DNA of 29,857 nt from Spirulina sp. (GTDB lineage Bacteria; Cyanobacteriota; Cyanobacteriia; Phormidesmidales; Phormidesmidaceae), in the NCBI GenBank assembly GCA_044070495.1, contig JBIPSI010000046.1, positions 1-29,857 on the forward strand, given 5' to 3'. The notes below the pieces were generated by a model, which saw only the letters and a list, made by a program, of their open reading frames with translations, was not told the DNA's origin and did no database searches. Made by a program: the position numbers and the translations under genes. Positions 9,835-18,652 of the stretch are shown here, in pieces (position 1 is the first letter of the stretch; every line of letters starts with the position of its first letter).

Positions 9835-10114
9835 GGCGTTGAAAAAGCGTTTGGATCGGAATCGCCCCATGACGACCATTACCCTGCGGATGCCAGAGGA
9901 TGTGATCGAGGATTTGAAGCGGGTTGCGCCGTTGCTTGGTTTTTCGGGCTATCAACCCCTGATGCGGGCTTATATTGGGCAGGGCTTGCGGGTTGATTTA
10001 GAGCGCTTAGAGGGCGATACGGTATTGGCCTTGGTGGCAAGCTTAAAGCGGCGAGGCGTGAGTGACGAGATCATTCAAGCGGCCCTAGGGAAAGTGGTCG
10101 GGAATCCAGTTTGA
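9824..10114 (+). CDS. Antitoxin, BrnA/CopG-like ribbon-helix-helix
   Basis: ATG at 9824 overlaps the toxin 3' end. MTTITLRMPEDVIEDLKRVA...GYQPLMRAYI is an RHH pattern. Confidence 0.8.
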   Translation: MKAEALKKRLDRNRPMTTITLRMPEDVIEDLKRVAPLLGFSGYQPLMRAYIGQGLRVDLERLEGDTVLALVASLKRRGVSDEIIQAALGKVVGNPV

Positions 10115-10187
10115 ATAAGCCGTATTTCAGTGGATTCCCGAAGTCCCACAGCGGGTTAGCCCTCGCGCTGGTCGCTAAGGACACCGA

Positions 10188-12383
10188 TTACCGATGGCGC
10201 TGCTGCACCTGGTCTACCTGGGCGGCAATGGTGGGATCGTAGAGGCGCAGGTAGTTCCAATAGTTGCCAAACACCGATTGAATATAGCCCCTGGTTTCGG
10301 GGAAGGGGATTTTGTCGGCAAAGTCGTCGGCATCGCGGTAGCCGCCTCGGCTAATCCAGTTGGCGACATTGCCGGGGCCTGCGTTGTAGCTGGCGATGGC
10401 AAACATGGAGTGGTTGTCGTACTCGCTGTGGGTGTAGTCCAAATACCAGGTGCCTAGTTTGATGTTGTCGTGGGGGTCGGTGATTTCGTAGCTGGTGATG
10501 GTGGGTTCGCGGTCTTTGATCCAGGTGGCAGTGTCGGGCATCACCTGCATTAGCCCGGTGGCCCCCGCCACGGAACGAATTTTGGGCATGAAGCGCGACT
10601 CTTGGCGAATCAACGCCAGCACCAGCAGCGGGTTGAGCTGTCGTTCCGCCGACCAGGATTGAATCAGGTCGGCATAGGGGAAGGGATAGACCCCATGCCA
10701 ATAGTCGGGCTTTTGCTTCAGGGCTTTGTAGGCGGCGACCTCCTCTGGTTCATCCACCCAGGCGAGGCTGGCCACCTGGAAGATGCCGTCGATGTAGTCG
10801 CCCTGGGTTTGGCGCATCAGGCCATCCACAAACCGCTCCGGCACTAAGGGGTCTTGGCGGTTGACGTATTCCGTTTGCCAGCGCTCCCAGGCGGCTTGGT
10901 CTTGGCCCAGCAGGTAGAGTTCGGTGAGGGTGTCCGACCCAGCGGGTAGGGGGTTGCGGCGGGTGAGGGGGGCAATGGCGGGGACTTTGTCGCGCACGGT
11001 TTGAAAATCGCCCACATCCCAGCCCAGATGCACGGCGGAACGCCACGCAAAGTAGGATTCGGGGTGAACGGCGATCACCTGTTCCCACAGGGTTTGGGCT
11101 ACGTCGTTTTGGCCAAGATCCAGCGCCCATTTGCCAGCCCAAAATCCGGCTTCGGCGGAATCATCGGCATCGGGGCTGTGCTTGAGGGCATCGCGACCCC
11201 AGCTTACGGCCATGGCCAAATCCCCTTGCTGGGAAGCGTTTCGGGCATTTTTGAGGCGAATTTCGGCGGCGGCTTCGCTAGAACTGTAGTCCTTGAGGAT
11301 GGCTTCGCGGGTGGCCTGGGCCGACTCGGCACTGTTGAGTTTGTCCAAAATTTCCGCCCGTTTCAGCATGGCCTCGGCGGCGCGGTCGGGGAAGCGGGCA
11401 ATCACCTGATCCAGCACCCCTAGGGACTGCTGATCGGACAGGCTGAGGGTGAGGCGCAGGAGTCCGGTGGCGGTTTCTGGCGCTTCTGGGAACTGTTGGT
11501 CAAGCTGGTTGTAGAGGGCAATGGCGCGGTCTTTTTTGCCACCAATCTGCAAGCCCCTGGCCGCTCGGTACAGGTTGCGGGGAGAGGGGGGAGCCTGGGC
11601 ATAGGCGGGGCCAGCCTCGGCGTAGACATCCCGCCGCCAGAGGCCAAAGCCCACGGTCTGCCAGTCTTCGGGCTGAAGCTGGTCGGCAAACTGATTTTTC
11701 AATCGCAGCAGCACATCCCCCACGCTGGGATGGTGCAGCCCCGCCCGTGCAATGGTGATCAGCAGGGGCAGGGCATCGGCTCGGTTGGGGTCTTCCGTCA
11801 GCCGTTGGTGGGCCACCTCCACGGATTTGGGATGGTCGGGGAAACGTTGTAACAGTTCATCCCACCGAGCTGGATCCTGTTGCCCCAACTCAAACAGCAC
11901 CGGGGCAATGGCGGGATCGTCGGTATAGTCTGTCAGCAGGCGATCCTGAGTCGCTTGGGCGGCTTCGGCTTGGTCAGCGGCGCGTTGGGCTTGGGCCTGG
12001 GCCAGCAAAATGTAGGGGGCCATTTCGGGATAGACCGCATCCAGTCCTTCTAATAGAGGAAGAGCGCTGCCGCCCCGATCCGCCGCAATTAAATCCAGCG
12101 CCAGCAGGTACCTAGCCCGGTGCTGGCTGATGGAATCGCGCCCCTGGGCATACTGGGCCAGCGCTTCTGCCCGTTGATCCGCCGATTGCAGGGCCAGATC
12201 TAGGACAGGATCCGCTTGGCGATTTTGCGTTTGCCCGTCCGCCGCTGTCTCCGCCGCCACCTCTTGATTACCGGAAAGACTGTTTCCCGCCGTATTCACC
12301 AACGCCGCCACCATCCCCAAGGACAGGGCACTCAGACCCGCTAGGGCCAGCAGGGGCAAACGCTGTTTGATCTGGTTAAGCAT
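10188..12383 (-). CDS. Soluble lytic murein transglycosylase (Slt-type, TPR-like N-terminus)
   Basis: ALIRQESRF, SVAGATGLMQVMPDTA, ASYNAGPG, IPFPETRGY; N-terminal membrane anchor or signal. Confidence 0.92.
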   Translation of the reverse strand: MLNQIKQRLPLLALAGLSALSLGMVAALVNTAGNSLSGNQEVAAETAADGQTQNRQADPVLDLALQSADQRAEALAQYAQGRDSISQHRARYLLALDLIAADRGGSALPLLEGLDAVYPEMAPYILLAQAQAQRAADQAEAAQATQDRLLTDYTDDPAIAPVLFELGQQDPARWDELLQRFPDHPKSVEVAHQRLTEDPNRADALPLLITIARAGLHHPSVGDVLLRLKNQFADQLQPEDWQTVGFGLWRRDVYAEAGPAYAQAPPSPRNLYRAARGLQIGGKKDRAIALYNQLDQQFPEAPETATGLLRLTLSLSDQQSLGVLDQVIARFPDRAAEAMLKRAEILDKLNSAESAQATREAILKDYSSSEAAAEIRLKNARNASQQGDLAMAVSWGRDALKHSPDADDSAEAGFWAGKWALDLGQNDVAQTLWEQVIAVHPESYFAWRSAVHLGWDVGDFQTVRDKVPAIAPLTRRNPLPAGSDTLTELYLLGQDQAAWERWQTEYVNRQDPLVPERFVDGLMRQTQGDYIDGIFQVASLAWVDEPEEVAAYKALKQKPDYWHGVYPFPYADLIQSWSAERQLNPLLVLALIRQESRFMPKIRSVAGATGLMQVMPDTATWIKDREPTITSYEITDPHDNIKLGTWYLDYTHSEYDNHSMFAIASYNAGPGNVANWISRGGYRDADDFADKIPFPETRGYIQSVFGNYWNYLRLYDPTIAAQVDQVQQRHR

Positions 12384-12499
12384 GGGAAGGCGGGGAATTC
12401 GGCTATGGGTTGTTGTAGCAGAAAATCGAGGTTTCGGGTGCCTGGGGTGGCCGCTTTGCTGAGGCTTGTACGAGATTTGGGTGAATCTCTGTTTGGCTA

Positions 12500-12521
12500 G
12501 GCAGGGAGACCCTGCCCCTAC
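12500..12521 (-). repeat. REP-like palindrome with GTAG foot
   Basis: Minus strand reads GTAG-GGGCAGGG-tct-CCCTGCC. Confidence 0.6.
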
Positions 12522-12561
12522 GGTTGGCCGGATTGGGAAGCCTGAAGCAGAGCATTGAGGG

Positions 12562-13203
12562 TTACCGATAGCGTTCCTCCTCCCTAGCCAGGGTTTGGCG
12601 ATAATAGCGACGCTGCAAGATTTCCAGCTTGCCCCCGGTTTCTTGAATCAAGGCTCGTTGCCGTCGATAGAGTCCCTGGAACAGGTTGGCCAACAGTAAG
12701 GCGACCATGGCCACCACGAGTCCTACGGCGGTGGAGGTCAAGGCTTCCCCCACGCCCAGCGTCACCCCCGCTTCGTTGCCCCCTTCCCCCAGCCGCAAGG
12801 AGGACAGGGCTTCCATCAGCCCCAAGACCGTTCCGAGTAAGCCCAATAACGGGGCAATCCCCACCACCGTTTCAAACCAGGTTTGGAATCGCTTGAGTTG
12901 AGGGATTTCCGCCTGGGCCGCACTCTCTAGGGCGAGGGAAAAATCCTCCGGCGTGGCGTCTTCTAGGCTGAGGGCGGCCAGAAAAATGCGGGCCACGGGG
13001 CTATGGGGGCGCTGTTTGAGTAGGGCCACCGCCCGCTGGGGATGGTCGGCATAGGCACCGAGCACCGCCGTTAACCAAGCCCGCTGCTGCCGGAGCAGTT
13101 GCCACCAAAACCGAGTTCGCTCCACCGCCAGAGCCAGGGTGAGTACGGAAAATAAAAGAAGCGGCACCATCACGATGCCCCCCGCCGCCAAAAGGTTCGT
13201 CAC
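12562..13203 (-). CDS. MotA/TolQ/ExbB proton channel family protein
   Basis: GGIVMVPLL..S...AVER, IAPLLGLLGTVLGLM, GVGEALTSTAVGLVVA; GTG start. Confidence 0.9.
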   Translation of the reverse strand: MTNLLAAGGIVMVPLLLFSVLTLALAVERTRFWWQLLRQQRAWLTAVLGAYADHPQRAVALLKQRPHSPVARIFLAALSLEDATPEDFSLALESAAQAEIPQLKRFQTWFETVVGIAPLLGLLGTVLGLMEALSSLRLGEGGNEAGVTLGVGEALTSTAVGLVVAMVALLLANLFQGLYRRQRALIQETGGKLEILQRRYYRQTLAREEERYR

Positions 13204-13220
13204 AAGTCAACTTCCCCAGA

Positions 13221-13378
13221 CTCAATAGATCGCAAATCCCCCGCAGCCCTCACCCCCAGCCCCTCTCCCACGAGGAGAGGGGAGCCGGAATTACTTCAAA
13301 GTCCCTCTCCCAATTTGGGAGAGGGATTTAGGGTGAGGGCTGGATCGTGGCACAAGAACGTGTTTGTGATCTACTGAG
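13221..13378 (+). repeat. Structured dispersed repeat, copy E3 (same subfamily as E2)
   Basis: Outer IR CTCAATAGATCGCAAA / TTTGTGATCTACTGAG (14/16). Core 13245-13341 is near-identical to E2. Confidence 0.9.
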
Positions 13379-13500
13379 ACTATGCCATGAGTTCATCTTG
13401 GCGTTAATTTTGGTCAGGGTGATGGTTCTATGGCGCGCAAATGGGGAACATTCCTAGGGTAGGCCGTTCTCATCGCCCACCCCATGGAGGACACCCCACC

Positions 13501-14457
13501 ATGACCACCTTTAGTATTGTGATCACCACCTTCAACCGCCTAGATTTACTCAAGCGGGCGGTGACCTCGGCCCTCGCCCAAACCCACCCCTGCCAGGTAG
13601 TGATTGCCGATAATGCCTCCAGCGACGGCACCCAAGCCTACGCCGAAAGCCTAGGCCAGCGGGTGACCTACGTGCGTAACCCCACCAACCTAAACCACGC
13701 CGGAGCCGTCAACGCTGGCGCGACTGCCGCCACGGGGGACTGGATTAAACTGCTAGATGACGATGATTACCTCGCCCCCCACTGCATCGCCACTATGGCC
13801 GAGGCCATTGCCCAGCATCCCCAGGCGGTGATTTGCTCCTGTCGGGCCGCCCAGGTGAGCCGAGAGGGCCATGAACTGAGCCGCACCCCTGCCCCTGGCC
13901 CTGGGCGGGTGTTCTACATTCCCCAAGCCGCCATTCACTACGGAATGCTGCTGGAGCAAGTGCCCTTTGGTACGCCCGTGCAGGTGGCGGTGCGGCGAGA
14001 TGCTCTGGTGAAATCTGGTGGCTGGGACGAAGCGATGACCAGTTGCGACGACATTGACTCCTGGATTCGGGTGGCGGAGCATGGCGATGCGCTGTTTATT
14101 AACGAGTGCTTGGCCTACCGCACCGTGTGGCCAGGGGGCTACGACCAAAAAATTCAGCTTCAGCAGCGCTTGGCCACCAACATTTTGATCAAATCCCGCA
14201 TCTACAACCGCGTCAGCCCAGACTACCGCGATCATCTGCCCCCCCGCTCCGCCATTGAACGATACCTCCATCTACACTGGGGGCTGGTGGCCCTCAAACA
14301 GCGGCGGTTGGGTACAGCCTTAGCCCTCGCCGCACCGGGACTGATCTCCCCCCAAGCCTGGATCATGTTGCTCCAAGCCCGTCGCCAACGTTCCCATGCC
14401 GAGGCCAAAAGCCCAATTCCAAAACGAGTGTTGGTGGAATTGGGGGTAACGGCTTAA
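13501..14457 (+). CDS. Glycosyltransferase family 2
   Basis: FSIVITTFNR, VIADNASSDGT, LLDDDD, CDDIDSWIR. ATG at 13501 is preceded by GGAGG and preferred over 13441. Confidence 0.9.
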   Translation: MTTFSIVITTFNRLDLLKRAVTSALAQTHPCQVVIADNASSDGTQAYAESLGQRVTYVRNPTNLNHAGAVNAGATAATGDWIKLLDDDDYLAPHCIATMAEAIAQHPQAVICSCRAAQVSREGHELSRTPAPGPGRVFYIPQAAIHYGMLLEQVPFGTPVQVAVRRDALVKSGGWDEAMTSCDDIDSWIRVAEHGDALFINECLAYRTVWPGGYDQKIQLQQRLATNILIKSRIYNRVSPDYRDHLPPRSAIERYLHLHWGLVALKQRRLGTALALAAPGLISPQAWIMLLQARRQRSHAEAKSPIPKRVLVELGVTA

Positions 14458-14473
14458 GGCAGTTGGGGCGCAG

Positions 14474-14501
14474 GTTGGGGCGCACCGCTGTGCGCCCGTA
14501 C
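14474..14501 (-). repeat. REP-like palindrome with GTAC foot, copy 1
   Basis: GTTGGGGCGCACCGCTGTGCGCCCGTAC, 26/28 identical to 24919-24946. An 11-bp partial duplicate lies at 14462-14472. Confidence 0.8.
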
Positions 14502-14573
14502 AGGACGTAGGTTGCGAACCAACGTACAGTGGAAAGGGTAAGTTTGCATTGATAAGGTTGCGTTGATTCGCCC

Positions 14574-15206
14574 ATGCCCCAGGTGTCTCTGACTGAATTT
14601 TTGGCCGCTGTGCAATCGGGTGAGTTGGTGAGTTTTCCCACGGATACCGTACCCGCCCTTGCCGCCTTGCCCCAGGCGAGCGACCGCATTTACCAACTCA
14701 AACAGCGCAGCCAAACCAAACCCCTGATTTTGATGGGGGCCGATTTGACGGATCTCTGGCCCTACGTAGCTGGATCTGAGACCGATCAAGCCCAATGGAA
14801 AACCCTGGCCGACCGCCACTGGCCCGGAGCCTTGACCATCGTTCTCCCCGCCAGCCACCGCTTGCCCCCGGCCATGAACCCCGCCAACACGGGCACCCTG
14901 GGATTACGGATTCCCGACCATCCCCTAGCGCGATACCTGCTAGAGCGCACTGGCCCCCTAGCCACCACCAGCGTCAACCACTCTGGCCAGCCCGCCCTAG
15001 AAACCCTATCCGAGATTGCAGCGGAATTTCCTGAAATCACCACCCTCAGCCCCGCCGCCCTAGCCGAGATTTACCCCCAGCTTGGCCATGCCCCCGTGCC
15101 GCCGATGGACGAGCCGCAAGGATCCGGGCTACCGTCTACCGTGGTGGCTTGGCGGGATGGCAATTGGGACGTGCTGCGCCAGGGATCGGTCACGATTACG
15201 CCCTAG
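14574..15206 (+). CDS. tsaC: L-threonylcarbamoyladenylate synthase (TsaC/Sua5/YrdC)
   Basis: FPTDTVPAL, IYQLKQRSQTKPLI, WPGALTIVL, GLRIP, PLATTSVNHSG, PSTVV. Confidence 0.92.
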   Translation: MPQVSLTEFLAAVQSGELVSFPTDTVPALAALPQASDRIYQLKQRSQTKPLILMGADLTDLWPYVAGSETDQAQWKTLADRHWPGALTIVLPASHRLPPAMNPANTGTLGLRIPDHPLARYLLERTGPLATTSVNHSGQPALETLSEIAAEFPEITTLSPAALAEIYPQLGHAPVPPMDEPQGSGLPSTVVAWRDGNWDVLRQGSVTITP

Positions 15207-15243
15207 TGACCACGAGATTCTAGGGCCTCATCAAACCCAGAAG

Positions 15244-15339
15244 AGATCCCAGGAAGAGATCCCAGGGTTCTGGTAGGCTATGGGCAAGAATTTTGAAATT
15301 TATCCTAGAACCCTGGGATCTGACCGTCAAACCCTGGGA
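15244..15339. repeat. Cluster of AGATCCCAGG/AACCCTGGGA motifs
   Basis: Perfect 15-bp IR AGATCCCAGGGTTCT (15257-15271) / AGAACCCTGGGATCT (15307-15321), with partial copies at 15244-15253 and 15329-15339. Confidence 0.75.
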
Positions 15340-15362
15340 GTTCCCTTGAGTCCCCCTTCACC

Positions 15363-16196
15363 ATGACCTCATCCCCTGACGCCGATGCCCTAGCCTCCCT
15401 GCAACTGGCCTACGACCGATTGCAGCAGCAATACCAAACCCTGGCCGCTTTTTTGGGAACAGCCTCCCACGAACTACGCGCCCCCATCAATCAGGTGATT
15501 AGCCTGCACCAGTTAATTTTGGAAGACCTGTGCGAAAGCCCGGAGGAAGAACGGGAATTCATCGGCCAAGCCAACCAGGCCATCACCCGAATGCTGCACA
15601 ATCTGGATACCCTGATTAGCCTCTCCAAGCTGGATATTGGGGCGATATCCCCCGTTTGTGAGCCGATTTTCTTGGAAACGGTGCTGAATAAGGTGCGGCA
15701 GTTTACCGAAATGCAGTGCATCAACCGGCAGTGCCGCCTCACCGTCAACCCTGGCCCACAGCCGATCTGGGTGTTGTCCGATGATCGGTGGCTCTTGCAA
15801 GCCCTGATTAGTCTGGTGGAATCCGCCCTCGCCGCTGGCAGCACCATGATTACCCTAGAACCCCTTGAGAATGCCAATGTGGGGGAAGACGGGCCATCTG
15901 GGAATCAACCGCAGGATCCACCCGTTGTCACCTTGCAATTGATCTGCAATGCCCCTGCCAATCATTGGCCTCCTAATATTCCGACATCGCTAACCTTGGC
16001 CGACTCCCCTAGTCCTCCCAACGCCTTGCCAGAAGGCCAGTCCAATACGCCCCTATCCCACAGTTTTCGCTATCACCTCGCCCACCGCATTCTGGGGCAT
16101 CTCGGCAGTGCTATCCACCCCTCTGTAAGCGCTACCGATGATCCGCATTGCCTGACAATTCAGCTTTCCAGGGCTGATGGTGGACGAAATGCCTAG
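15363..16196 (+). CDS. Histidine-kinase-like protein (HisKA domain, degenerate ATPase domain)
   Basis: H-box FLGTASHELRAPINQVI; no recognisable N, G1, F or G2 boxes. Confidence 0.8.
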   Translation: MTSSPDADALASLQLAYDRLQQQYQTLAAFLGTASHELRAPINQVISLHQLILEDLCESPEEEREFIGQANQAITRMLHNLDTLISLSKLDIGAISPVCEPIFLETVLNKVRQFTEMQCINRQCRLTVNPGPQPIWVLSDDRWLLQALISLVESALAAGSTMITLEPLENANVGEDGPSGNQPQDPPVVTLQLICNAPANHWPPNIPTSLTLADSPSPPNALPEGQSNTPLSHSFRYHLAHRILGHLGSAIHPSVSATDDPHCLTIQLSRADGGRNA

Positions 16197-16268
16197 TATC
16201 CTGCGATCCATGAGTACATCACTACTATCCGATAGGATAAGCCAAGGAACTCCTGATCTAAAATAGAA

Positions 16269-16697
16269 ATGCTCAACCGCCAGGTTTTGCTCAATTTTCT
16301 GGCCCTGCTGCCTGGTACTACGCTCACTGTCCTCACCATTGCCGTTGCGTTTCTGCGGTTTTATGACGAACAAGACTTCCAATTCCTCCAGTTCATCGCC
16401 AACCCCAGAGCCTGGAGCAACCGCCTCACCGTGGCAACCCTCTTGGTGGCACTGGTTATTTTCAGCGTTGAGTGGAACAGTCGAAACCGAGAGGCAAACC
16501 GCCGCGCTGAAGCAGAACAACGAAGAATTGAGGAAGAACAACGAAGAATTGAGGAGACAGAACGAGCGGCTCGCCGAGCTAGAATCCAAAATCGATAGAT
16601 CCTTCTCCAAGCACGGTATTTACTCGACCCCAGTGCCGAAGTCGAAGCAGCCGTAGCGGACTTTATTCAGTTCTTGCAAGAATATGGCGAACTCTAG
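16269..16697 (+). pseudogene. Membrane protein gene with a probable premature stop at 16596-16598
   Basis: Two TM helices and a charged coiled coil to TAG 16596-16598. The frame stays open 32 more codons (ILLQARYLLDPSAEVEAAVADFIQFLQEYGEL*, stop 16695-16697). Contains a perfect 21-bp tandem duplication at 16514-16555. It may still be expressed as the 109-aa form. Confidence 0.55.
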
Positions 16698-16826
16698 CGC
16701 CGAACCCCGCCCACCCGAAATGAGCGATTGCTGAATGGGTATGGCAACCGCCTGAGCGAGGGCGTGGCCCAGTTTGGGTTGGGGATACACTGGTAGGGTG
16801 CTGACGATTGCTAGGTCACAAGATTG

Positions 16827-17831
16827 ATGCCGGATGTTGCCTTTCACCATATTCCTGTGCTGCCCGAAGCGGTGGTGGAGGGCTTGCGGATTCGGCCCCA
16901 GGGGCTTTACCTAGATGCCACGGTGGGCGGCGGTGGGCACAGTCGGTTAATTTTGGCTAGCGATCCCACGGTGCGGCTGGTGGCGGTGGATCAAGATCCC
17001 ATGGCCCTGGCCTCGGCCCAGTCAGCCTTGGCGGAATTTGGGGATCGGGTGACGTTTTGGTCAGGAAATTTCTCGCAATTTGAGCCAGGAACGCAGCGGT
17101 TCCACGGGATTCTGGCGGATTTGGGCGTTAGTTCGGCCCAGTTTGATATCCCCGAACGGGGCTTTAGCTTTCGCCACACCGCTCCCTTGGATATGCGGAT
17201 GAACCCCCACCAGCCCCTCACCGCCGCTGAAGTGGTCAACACCTGGGACGAAACCGACCTGGCCAACCTGATCTACACCTACGGCGAAGAACGGCTCTCC
17301 CGCCGCATTGCCCGCACCATCGTGGAGCAACGCCCCTTCCACACCACGACCGACCTCGCCGAAGCCATTTCCCGCTGTGTGCCCAAAGCCTATCGCTATG
17401 GCCGCATTCACCCCGCCACCCGCACCTTCCAAGCCCTGCGGATTGCGGTGAATCAAGAACTAGAAGTCCTCGAAACCCTGCTGGACAAAGCGCCCCAGTG
17501 GTTGGTGCCGGGGGGACGGCTGGCCATCATCAGCTTCCATAGTTTGGAAGACCGGATGGTGAAGCACCGCCTGAAGGAAAACCCGGATCTGCACATCATC
17601 ACCAAAAAGCCGATCATCGCCACTGAGAACGAGATCGCCGCTAACCCCCGATCCCGATCCGCCAAACTGCGCGTGGCCGAACGCATCGACCCCACCCAGC
17701 CACCCCAAACCCGCAGGGCCAAGTATCGCAAGGAAGCGCAGGACGCTAGGGAAGCTGGCGATGAGTCTTCGGTGATCCGTCCAGCCACCCGTTCATATTC
17801 AGCAGATGGGAAAGCCCAGACTGAGGATTAG
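16827..17831 (+). CDS. rsmH: 16S rRNA m4C1402 methyltransferase
   Basis: [73 protein letters not shown]. Confidence 0.97.
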   Translation: MPDVAFHHIPVLPEAVVEGLRIRPQGLYLDATVGGGGHSRLILASDPTVRLVAVDQDPMALASAQSALAEFGDRVTFWSGNFSQFEPGTQRFHGILADLGVSSAQFDIPERGFSFRHTAPLDMRMNPHQPLTAAEVVNTWDETDLANLIYTYGEERLSRRIARTIVEQRPFHTTTDLAEAISRCVPKAYRYGRIHPATRTFQALRIAVNQELEVLETLLDKAPQWLVPGGRLAIISFHSLEDRMVKHRLKENPDLHIITKKPIIATENEIAANPRSRSAKLRVAERIDPTQPPQTRRAKYRKEAQDAREAGDESSVIRPATRSYSADGKAQTED

Positions 17832-18571
17832 ACCAAACTGGAGGGAACTAGGCGATTCAACAGCGAAAACACCCCAAACACCAGCAGCAGCACTCCGCTG
17901 GCGGGGGTAATCCAGCTCGACCATTGGCGCAGGGCCAGCAGCCGCTTGAGGGTGGAGGTGAAGGTGCCCGCCAGCACTAGGGGCGTCACATAGCCCAGGG
18001 CGTAGGCCAGCAGAAAGGCGCTGCCTAAAACGGGGTTTTGGGTGGCGGAAATCCAGGCCAACAGCGTCGCCAAAACCGGGGTGCTACAGGGGGAGGCCAC
18101 AATGCCGAAGGTTAACCCCAGGGCGTAGGCTTTCAACCACGGGGGCAGGTTCCACTGGCTAGCATCCATGTTGCCAACGCTGGGCAGAGTGAGGGGCAGC
18201 ACTCCCAGCAAATTTAGCCCCATCAGAATGGCCACGGCACTGACCACGATGGGCAACCCAATCGCCACCTGGCCGTAGACATAGCCAAACAGCCCCGCCA
18301 CTAGGCCCAAAATCGCTAAGGTCGTTGCTAACCCTAGGGCAAACCCCAGGGAGCGCAGCACCGACTCTTGGCGGGTTTCGCTGTCGTAGCCGCCCATGTA
18401 GCCCACCATGATCGGTAGCATGGACAGCAAACAGGGGGACAAACTGGTGAGCAACCCTGCCCCCGCCACCACGGTTAAGCTAAGGGGCGAAATGTGGGTG
18501 AGCTGGGCGTTGACCAGTTGGTTGGCCCACTGACTGAGGTCGTAGAGGTAAAGCTGAAGGCTTTGGAACAT
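17828..18571 (-). CDS. ccdA: Cytochrome c biogenesis protein CcdA (DsbD transmembrane domain)
   Basis: [12 protein letters not shown] and ASPCSTPVL cysteine motifs, about six TM helices. ATG at 18571 is preferred over 18595. Confidence 0.9.
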   Translation of the reverse strand: MFQSLQLYLYDLSQWANQLVNAQLTHISPLSLTVVAGAGLLTSLSPCLLSMLPIMVGYMGGYDSETRQESVLRSLGFALGLATTLAILGLVAGLFGYVYGQVAIGLPIVVSAVAILMGLNLLGVLPLTLPSVGNMDASQWNLPPWLKAYALGLTFGIVASPCSTPVLATLLAWISATQNPVLGSAFLLAYALGYVTPLVLAGTFTSTLKRLLALRQWSSWITPASGVLLLVFGVFSLLNRLVPSSLV

Positions 18572-18652
18572 GCCGAGGGTGCAGAAATGATGCAAAAACA
18601 GCGATCCCTATTGTAGCGATCCGGATTACCTGAGATGGGGCAAACTCAGGAA

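Noticed and set aside
17690..17831. C-terminal extension of RsmH as a fused domain
   Set aside because: Short low-complexity charged tail running into the convergent ccdA stop; no domain evidence.
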